From IMG/VR virus record IMGVR_UViG_3300032227_001252: a stretch of DNA of 64,000 nucleotides; one strand, written 5' to 3'. This document shows positions 58,017 through 64,000 of the stretch, piece by piece (positions within the stretch are counted from its first letter, which is position 1; each line of letters opens with the position of its first letter). The position numbers and the translations under genes were made by a program. The notes beneath the pieces were generated by a model. It ran no database searches. It had not been told where the DNA came from and saw only the letters and a program-made list of their open reading frames with translations. Origin of the DNA: an uncultured virus (IMG/VR IMGVR_UViG_3300032227_001252). Lineage: Duplodnaviria > Heunggongvirae > Uroviricota > Caudoviricetes.

Positions 58017-59516
58017 CTACCTCCTCTTGCGGCGGACCGGGCCTCCCAGGTAGCACTCCCGCACGAGGGTCGCGTTGAAGTCACCGTTCGCACTTCGCTT
58101 CGCGACGCCCTCTACGGCCGTCCACCCTCCCGCGGGGAGAGCGAAGGGCACCGTGACGTTGATGTAGGTCTGCGGAGCGACACCGACCGTGAGGAAGGTG
58201 AGCTTCGTCTTGTCCTTCTTCGAGTACCAGACACGCGAAGCGGCGATCGGGCCACAGAACTTCCAGCGGTCGGAGCCGTCAACCAGTTCAGAGAACTCGG
58301 ATCCCGGCGGCATCTGCGGGGATGACCAGTAGCCGAACTTCGACCACTCCTGTCGGAGTGTCAGACTGAACAACTCCTCCTGGCGGGGGCGCGTGTCTAC
58401 GAAGGGCGCCGCCTCGTGAGGGTGGACCCACGGGCGGTACATGGAGTGCGCGTGCGCCAGCGTGGACTTCCAGAAGCGGTGCGGGTCTCGAGCCTTGTGG
58501 TAGGCGAGCGCCCACACGACCGCGCCGTAGGCCACGCCGTGGGACTTGCAGAAGGCGTAGGCTCTGAACGCCTCCACCCGCTTGCGGAGGGCTGCGTCTT
58601 TGAGGATGGGCTCTCCGTCGGCTCCTCTGATCTCCTCTCCTCGCCCCTTCACGATGGCACGACGGACAGCATCGGCGATCTCTGGAGAACAGCGGCACGC
58701 CTTCGCGATGGCGGAGATGACGTCGTCCTCGTAGACCAGCGGCTCCTCGCTCTTCTTGTCCTCGGCAGCGGCCGGGCGGATGAGGGACGTGGCCAGCATG
58801 GCATCCTCCATCCGCTGCACGCCGATGCTCACAGCCGCCTTGCGGAACGCGGGGCTCTCTCCACCGATGATGCCGATGGAGTTGCCACTCGAGAGCACCT
58901 GCGCGGCCAGGGGATCCTCCTTGGGGTAGTCGAAGAGCGGACGGTCGCTGATGCCGTCGAGCTGCGCGAGCGCACGGGAGGACAGCAGGTCGACCTTGTA
59001 GAAGCCTGCCTTCTCCACGTCGTCCTTGTTCATGTTCAACTGCCCGGGCTTGAGCAGCATGTGGGACGGGATGGCGTCGTCCATGATGATGAGCCCGCCG
59101 CAGTGCAGGGACCAGTGGTGGAACTCTCCGTCGCGGTGGACCTTGTTGCTCACGCGGGCGACGCGGTTCCCGTACTTGCGGAAGACCCTCTCGAACACTT
59201 CATCTCTGCGGTTGTACGGGACGTCGATGTCGATGTCTGGGGCATCGGGTCGAAGGTCGTGCATGAACCGCGTGACCGGGATCTCCCACGCAACAGGGTC
59301 GATCTCCGTGATGCCGAGGTAGTAGCAGAGGAGGCTCGACCCTGCAGAGCCGCGGATGTTGTGCGGCACGTCGGGCATGAGGTCGAGGATCTCTCTGACC
59401 TGCACGAACATGCGCTCCAGGCCGTGCTTCTCGGCGATGCGCAGTTCTTCTTGAAGCCGTTGGGCGTACACGTCCGAGGTCGGAAGTGGCCGACGGAAGT
59501 AGGGCAGCAGGTTCAT
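58017..59516 (-). CDS. dnaE: Compact family-C DNA polymerase (DnaE-like, 499 aa, no PHP domain)
   Basis: RGSAGSSLLCYYLGITEIDP, PDIDID, KVDLL, YAFCKSHGVAY; OB-like C-terminus; ATG 59516 after GGAG. Confidence 0.88.
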   Translation of the reverse strand: MNLLPYFRRPLPTSDVYAQRLQEELRIAEKHGLERMFVQVREILDLMPDVPHNIRGSAGSSLLCYYLGITEIDPVAWEIPVTRFMHDLRPDAPDIDIDVPYNRRDEVFERVFRKYGNRVARVSNKVHRDGEFHHWSLHCGGLIIMDDAIPSHMLLKPGQLNMNKDDVEKAGFYKVDLLSSRALAQLDGISDRPLFDYPKEDPLAAQVLSSGNSIGIIGGESPAFRKAAVSIGVQRMEDAMLATSLIRPAAAEDKKSEEPLVYEDDVISAIAKACRCSPEIADAVRRAIVKGRGEEIRGADGEPILKDAALRKRVEAFRAYAFCKSHGVAYGAVVWALAYHKARDPHRFWKSTLAHAHSMYRPWVHPHEAAPFVDTRPRQEELFSLTLRQEWSKFGYWSSPQMPPGSEFSELVDGSDRWKFCGPIAASRVWYSKKDKTKLTFLTVGVAPQTYINVTVPFALPAGGWTAVEGVAKRSANGDFNATLVRECYLGGPVRRKRR

Positions 59517-59618
59517 GGCGGTCTCCGGGCAGGGACGCCTCTGCGTATCCAGGGGTTTGCCAGTTGACAAACGGGCAGGGCTGTAGCGAGGGCGGGCGGC
59601 GGAGGTTATGAGGTCAGC

Positions 59619-60080
59619 ATGAGCTACCCCCGCTGGTTGACCGAGCCTCTCGACGAGATGAACCTCCGCGAAGTGTCCTCCCGACTCTACGTCGGTGACG
59701 AGCGGGCGCCCCTGCGTGGAGGGTGGAACACGATCATCGACTTCTACGGTCACTCCGACGGCACCGTGCGGGCCGCGCACAGGAAGGCGAAGCACTACCT
59801 CTGCCTGCCCTTCGACGACGGAGACGCCTTCCCTACGGGCGCACTCGACGCAGCGTGGAAGGCTTGGCAGGATGCACATGCCGAGGGCGGCGACACGCTG
59901 CTCCACTGCCAGGCGGGCCTGAGCCGGAGTGCCTCCGCGGCCTACGCCCTGCTTCGAAAGCGCTTTGCGCTGAGCCACCCTGAGGCGCTCAAGCGCGTCG
60001 TCACTCCCTACACGTCACACCAGTTCCCGATGCCCGACACCCTTCGCTCCGCAGAGACGTGGGTGCGACGGAAGTCCTAG
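59619..60080 (+). CDS. Dual-specificity/tyrosine protein phosphatase
   Basis: HCQAGLSRS (CX5R) and upstream PFDD loop. Confidence 0.9.
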   Translation: MSYPRWLTEPLDEMNLREVSSRLYVGDERAPLRGGWNTIIDFYGHSDGTVRAAHRKAKHYLCLPFDDGDAFPTGALDAAWKAWQDAHAEGGDTLLHCQAGLSRSASAAYALLRKRFALSHPEALKRVVTPYTSHQFPMPDTLRSAETWVRRKS

Positions 60081-60700
60081 CGGAACTCGATCTGGTTGCC
60101 CAGTTCAAAGTTCATCGTGCACCGCAGCGTGAGCGGGACGGGGCAGTTGAAGGCGTTCTTCATGTCAATGCGGAAGCCGAACTGCGACCCCGTGGGAATG
60201 TTCAGGGGCTTCGGGAAGGTCACCGGAGCTTGAGCGTACTGCGCCTCGGGGCGCATGCCCCCGACTACGACCGTGGAGAGCGGCAGGGTCATCCATCGCG
60301 TAGATCCCGTGTCGACGCTGAACAGGGCCGAGAGGAAGAACCCGCAGGGCGTCTCCCAGAGCGGGCGATTCGCGAAGCTCTCGGTCGAGCGCGCGATGTC
60401 CTCAAGACCGCTGGATGGCGGCGTGACGAAGACCTCCCAGATGACCTGGTTCACGAGCTGAAGCGCGCCGGCAGGGATGGGCGTGAGATGGAAGCACTTC
60501 CCGCCGTGCTGCTCGTCCGCGGGGACTTTCATCTCCATGCTGGAGCTCCCAGAGCCGACCCGCAGGTAGGAGGGCGTGGGGGAAGCGGAGTAGGCGTTGC
60601 TCGACCACAAGTTGCTGTGGGAGATGATCGTCCCGCTCAGGTTCACGTTCCCGAGCGTAGTGTTGATCGAAGGGCCGCTGTGTGGGGGATGGTTCGCCAT
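60077..60700 (-). CDS. Beta-rich protein resembling the capsid-like genes
   Basis: SD AGGAG; PIPAGALQLVNQV...PKPLNIPTGSQFGFRI...LRCTM. Confidence 0.55.
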   Translation of the reverse strand: MANHPPHSGPSINTTLGNVNLSGTIISHSNLWSSNAYSASPTPSYLRVGSGSSSMEMKVPADEQHGGKCFHLTPIPAGALQLVNQVIWEVFVTPPSSGLEDIARSTESFANRPLWETPCGFFLSALFSVDTGSTRWMTLPLSTVVVGGMRPEAQYAQAPVTFPKPLNIPTGSQFGFRIDMKNAFNCPVPLTLRCTMNFELGNQIEFR

Positions 60701-60885
60701 CAGGGCGCTCCTGCGGGGAGGACGAGGGTGTAGTAGAGCACCGCCAAGATGCTTGCCATCACGAAGATGCGCAGAACCCGTCCGACCTTGCGGATCCAGC
60801 GGGCAACAGCACGATCGGCAGCCATGAGCACGAGCGCAGCGATGACGAAGAGTGTCATGCCCTCCCCTACCATCAACTTTGACAA
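60700..60885 (-). CDS. Small two-TM membrane protein
   Basis: Two hydrophobic segments; start uncertain. Confidence 0.5.
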   Translation of the reverse strand: MSKLMVGEGMTLFVIAALVLMAADRAVARWIRKVGRVLRIFVMASILAVLYYTLVLPAGAP

Positions 60886-60902
60886 CCGTCAACCGCGCCG
60901 GG

Positions 60903-61589
60903 TCAAGCGTCTACGCCAGTCATCGCCCTGCCGAACTGGGCCAAGGCGAAGCGGCCAGGGGCCGTGTCGAACCACGCCTCCACGGTGGGGCGCAAGGGGC
61001 CGTTCTGCTCGTAGTTGACGTCCTTGGTGTACTGCCACACCAGCCGCGCCTCATCAGGCACGTCGAAGCGGAACCAGCGGAACACTTCGGTGAGGTGCTG
61101 GGCGACGGCACCGGTCTTCCAGTGCAACCCGCCCGCGACCACGCCCAGGCGTTTCCCTGCCATCGGGTACGGCTCTCCCCAAGATGAGCCACGGTTCTCG
61201 AGCGTGTCCATGCGCTCGATGATGGTCTGCGCCAGCGCAGAGTGGCTGCCCCACCGAGTCGAGGTGCAGAACAGCACCGTGTCCGCCCACTTGAGCCCGT
61301 CGTAGATGACCGGCATCTGATCGAAGCCGCCGTACTTCGCGGGGTCGCGCAGGGACTCCTGATGTGCCCAGCAGCGGTACGGGCCTGACGCGGGGTTCGC
61401 ACAGTCGCGCTTGCCGTTGGCGTAGCAGCTCAAGTTCTTGACGATGTGGAGCTTGTTCGCGTCGATCACGCGCACTTCCGAGCGCGGTACGCGACGCTGC
61501 AGTTCGCCGACTGCGGCCTGTCCCATCGCCCAGCTCGTGGACTTCGCAGGGTCGTGCGTGGTGGTCATCACAGCAAGGATGCGTCGCAA
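60903..61589 (-). CDS. Flavodoxin-fold / NADPH-dependent FMN reductase-like protein
   Basis: DQMPVIYDGLKWADTVLFCTSTRWGSHSALAQTIIERM...AGKRLGVV; TTG start after GAGGA. Confidence 0.8.
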   Translation of the reverse strand: MRRILAVMTTTHDPAKSTSWAMGQAAVGELQRRVPRSEVRVIDANKLHIVKNLSCYANGKRDCANPASGPYRCWAHQESLRDPAKYGGFDQMPVIYDGLKWADTVLFCTSTRWGSHSALAQTIIERMDTLENRGSSWGEPYPMAGKRLGVVAGGLHWKTGAVAQHLTEVFRWFRFDVPDEARLVWQYTKDVNYEQNGPLRPTVEAWFDTAPGRFALAQFGRAMTGVDA

Positions 61590-61593
61590 CTCG

Positions 61594-61995
61594 TTAGTCC
61601 TCGTCGCCGTACGCGCTCTCTTCCGCGGAGGCCTCTTCAACCAGTTCCCGCCACGCGTGAAGCGGGAGTTTCGCGCGGTTGACCGTGCGGTCGAAGAGAT
61701 CCTTGAAGCCCACAGCGTGGCGGGCCTTGAACGCGCCCGGCTTCAGGGGCGCGACTCCAGGCGCGACGGTGTGAGAGCAGTTGGTGGCCGCGAGGTCGAG
61801 GAGCAGAGGCATCAGCGCAGGGTCGTCCGCGTACACAGACTGCAGTTCGGCGGAGCCGCCGAAGGTCATCACAGCGGCTCCAGCCACGAGGCGGCGCGTC
61901 TTGAGGTCGTACAGGAACACCCAGTAGGTGTCCTCGTCCTGTGCGCGTGCTGCGGCGAGGTGGTCTGTCGGCGGTGCGGTGTGGAGTCGAGCCAT
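61594..61995 (-). CDS. Hypothetical protein
   Basis: SD GAGG; extended -10 TGcTAGTCT upstream. Confidence 0.65.
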   Translation of the reverse strand: MARLHTAPPTDHLAAARAQDEDTYWVFLYDLKTRRLVAGAAVMTFGGSAELQSVYADDPALMPLLLDLAATNCSHTVAPGVAPLKPGAFKARHAVGFKDLFDRTVNRAKLPLHAWRELVEEASAEESAYGDED

Positions 61996-62062
61996 GGGGT
62001 CCTCGCCGTCCAGACTAGCACGACCCGCTCCCGTACGGGGAGCAGCAGTCCCCCCGTCCAGA

Positions 62063-62090
62063 GGTACGGAAATACCTCATTATCGTAACT
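62063..62090. other. dif-like 28-bp recombination site candidate
   Basis: GGTACGGAAAT-ACCTCA-TTATCGTAACT in an intergenic region. Confidence 0.35.
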
Positions 62091-62190
62091 CCTACGGAAG
62101 TGCCCGTAGAACCTGCGTTTTCGCCGGTTTTGGGCTTTCGATGGCACTCCGCGCGTGTGCGCGCTCGCGGGAGGCGCGTAGGGTGCACCC

Positions 62191-62670
62191 ATGCGGCGAA
62201 ACCCCGACTACACCTGCTCCGTCTGCGGCGCGACCTTCCCCAGTAGGTCGCAGCTCAAGAGCCACGCCTACAAGGAACACGAGGTGTACGTCACCGCGGG
62301 GAAAGCCCCGACCAGTGTGCTCTACAGCGGTCCGCGGTGGAAGTGCTCCACGTGCGGGGAGGCGTTCTACACGAAGGCTGAACTGTCGAAGCACATGGAT
62401 CAGTACGCTAGGCGGTCGGCTGCGAACGCGACGCATGAGTACTTGGCAGAGGTTGCCCGGCGGCAGGCCGCGTACGAGCGCGCGCAGGAAGAACTCATGC
62501 GGAGGCAGCGCGCCGCTGCCGTTCAGGAGCGCAGTGTGTCTACCCAGCGCGCGCCCCAGAGAACGGGCGACAAGGGCGGCGCCAATGACATCGTGGTGTT
62601 GGCGACGTTGGCTATGCTCGCCGGCGGGCTCATGCTCGCGAATGATCGCAAGAAGGCAAAGAAGAAGTAG
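62191..62670 (+). CDS. C2H2 zinc-finger protein with RRNP leader and C-terminal hydrophobic segment
   Basis: CSVCGATFPSRSQLKSHAYKEH; CSTCGEAFYTKAELSKH. Confidence 0.8.
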   Translation: MRRNPDYTCSVCGATFPSRSQLKSHAYKEHEVYVTAGKAPTSVLYSGPRWKCSTCGEAFYTKAELSKHMDQYARRSAANATHEYLAEVARRQAAYERAQEELMRRQRAAAVQERSVSTQRAPQRTGDKGGANDIVVLATLAMLAGGLMLANDRKKAKKK

Positions 62671-62688
62671 ACCGGTTACTGTCGGGGC

Positions 62689-63291
62689 ATGGAAGACACC
62701 CCCTTCGCTGAAGCCGAGCGTGTGTTCGAGCACGTTCTTGATCTGATGGAGCAGGCCATTGAGGCCAAGTACCCGGGTGCAGGCGCGCTCCAGTACCACT
62801 TCCACTGGATGGGCGATCTGGCCGAGTACCGGCGCATCGGAGCCACCTTCAGGGACGCGCAGGATCGCTCCCGCGAGGCGGTTTTCCACCTGCCGGGCTC
62901 CACAGCGTTCACCTCCCACACGCGGGAGCGGCTACTCAGCAGCGAGCTGCAGTTGACGAGTCAAGACTACGCGCTGTTCCTCGACCTCGTGCACCTGGGC
63001 GGGTGCATCGGCTGCTGGAAGGTGGACGGCTTGATGTCGAAGAAGGCCAACGCGGAGGTGTACGGGCCCGGCATCACGTTGGGCCCCCTGCCGATCCAGC
63101 GCTACACCTACATCACGCCACTCGCCATCCTGGCCGCGTTTGCGGGAGGGACGCTCGAAGAGGCATGGCCTGACCGCAGGTTCCACATCGAGACCGCGTG
63201 GTACTTGTGGCAGGCGCGCCACGCCGAAGTGCGCGTAGCAGAGACCCCTGACGTCTTCCCTGAGGATCTGGACGCGCCCTCGTACCTGTAG
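62689..63291 (+). CDS. Hypothetical protein
   Basis: 200 aa; TACTGT-6 nt-ATG leaderless start. Confidence 0.65.
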   Translation: MEDTPFAEAERVFEHVLDLMEQAIEAKYPGAGALQYHFHWMGDLAEYRRIGATFRDAQDRSREAVFHLPGSTAFTSHTRERLLSSELQLTSQDYALFLDLVHLGGCIGCWKVDGLMSKKANAEVYGPGITLGPLPIQRYTYITPLAILAAFAGGTLEEAWPDRRFHIETAWYLWQARHAEVRVAETPDVFPEDLDAPSYL

Positions 63292-63353
63292 GTGTGCTAC
63301 CAGGAGGCCTCGGCGGGCCGCAGGACTGCTACACCTTGACACGAGAGGACATC

Positions 63354-63761
63354 ATGGCCCGCACCACTCTTCGAGCACTTCGGACCCGCATCGACACCAT
63401 CAACTCCGCGCTCGTGAACGCGGAGGCGCAGCTCCGCCGGCACTACGCGATGGGCGCTTTTTTCCGCGACCCGCGCTCCATCGAGCTTGAGGCGCAGGTC
63501 AAGATGCTGGAAGAAGCTGCGATGAAGGCAGCGGAAGAGGCGTACATGGTCTACCGCAACGAGGATGTGGCTATGGAGGCTGCACGGCACTCCGCCCCTG
63601 CCCTCCAGCGCCTCAGCGAACTCATCCGCAAGAAGGATAGCATCCGCTCCTCGCGGAACATCACGTTCCGCCGGAACCCGAACCGCGAGCTCGACCTGCA
63701 GCCCGATTCGCGCTCGATGGCTCAGGGGAACATGATGCGCAAGGCCTGGATGCGTGGGTAG
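63354..63761 (+). CDS. Helical hypothetical protein with C-terminal RRNP
   Basis: SD GAGGA; FRRNPNR. Confidence 0.7.
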   Translation: MARTTLRALRTRIDTINSALVNAEAQLRRHYAMGAFFRDPRSIELEAQVKMLEEAAMKAAEEAYMVYRNEDVAMEAARHSAPALQRLSELIRKKDSIRSSRNITFRRNPNRELDLQPDSRSMAQGNMMRKAWMRG

Positions 63762-63764
63762 AAG

Positions 63765-63841
63765 TGGCTCCCGCTCCCTGACTCGAACAGGGGACCCCTT
63801 CGTTAACAGCGAAGTGCTCTAACCAACTGAGCTAAGCGGGA
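63765..63841 (-). tRNA. tRNA-Asn(GTT)
   Basis: Full cloverleaf: acceptor TCCCGCT/AGCGGGA, D GCTC/GAGC, anticodon CTTCG-CTGTTAA-CGAAG, T CCCTG-TTCGAGT-CAGGG, encoded CCA. Confidence 0.97.
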
Positions 63842-63866
63842 ACGTGAGGACGCCTAACCGGTCGGG

Positions 63867-64000
63867 TCAGAAGATGTCGATCTCAATGACCATGTCTGCG
63901 GCGGCGCCCGCGGCCGGGATGCCGTCCGTCTGAACGGCGAGGTACTCGCCCTGTAGGAAGTCCACGCTGACGCCGTACTGCACCGCCGAGGTGCTGGCGC
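63867..64000 (-). CDS. 3' end of a beta-rich protein (partial)
   Basis: ...VDFLQGEYLAVQTDG...DMVIEIDIF*, similar to the F.xGD.L.V pattern of 48821-49920. Confidence 0.5.
   Translation of the reverse strand, partial: ASTSAVQYGVSVDFLQGEYLAVQTDGIPAAGAAADMVIEIDIF

Noticed and set aside
59517..59978. N-terminal extension of the DnaE ORF
   Set aside because: Overlaps the phosphatase gene on the other strand, has no PHP motifs, and an SD-supported ATG lies at 59516.

Overview
High-GC, gene-dense 64 kb segment that reads as part of a large bacterial virus genome or provirus. No host core genes and no tailed-phage hallmarks (terminase, portal, HK97 capsid, tail) are recognisable. Instead it has a cluster of small beta-rich, probably jelly-roll-type structural genes (23.9-27.8 kb, 47.3-49.9 kb), about 16 C-terminally membrane-anchored proteins, a transglutaminase-like Cys enzyme and peptidoglycan-binding/lytic proteins. 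It also encodes a SNF2 helicase, a tyrosine recombinase, a ~500 aa DnaE-type polymerase, a Dps-like protein, a DGQHR protein, a dual-specificity phosphatase and a tRNA-Asn(GTT). This suggests an unusually large tailless, membrane-containing virus (inference). Three genome-wide patterns stand out. (1) A (R/K)xNP Asn-Pro motif tags protein termini and separates modules inside polyprotein-like ORFs. (2) A second [FLYMW]G[AD] motif recurs in the membrane and capsid-associated proteins. (3) A 7-bp DNA motif (GTAGCAC/GTGCTAC family) sits in either orientation at a fixed 36 bp (+/-1) from TAnnnT -10 boxes at about 16 loci, and occurs in tandem over the start of a ribbon-helix-helix regulator gene. 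All family calls are by-eye motif recognition; no searches were run.
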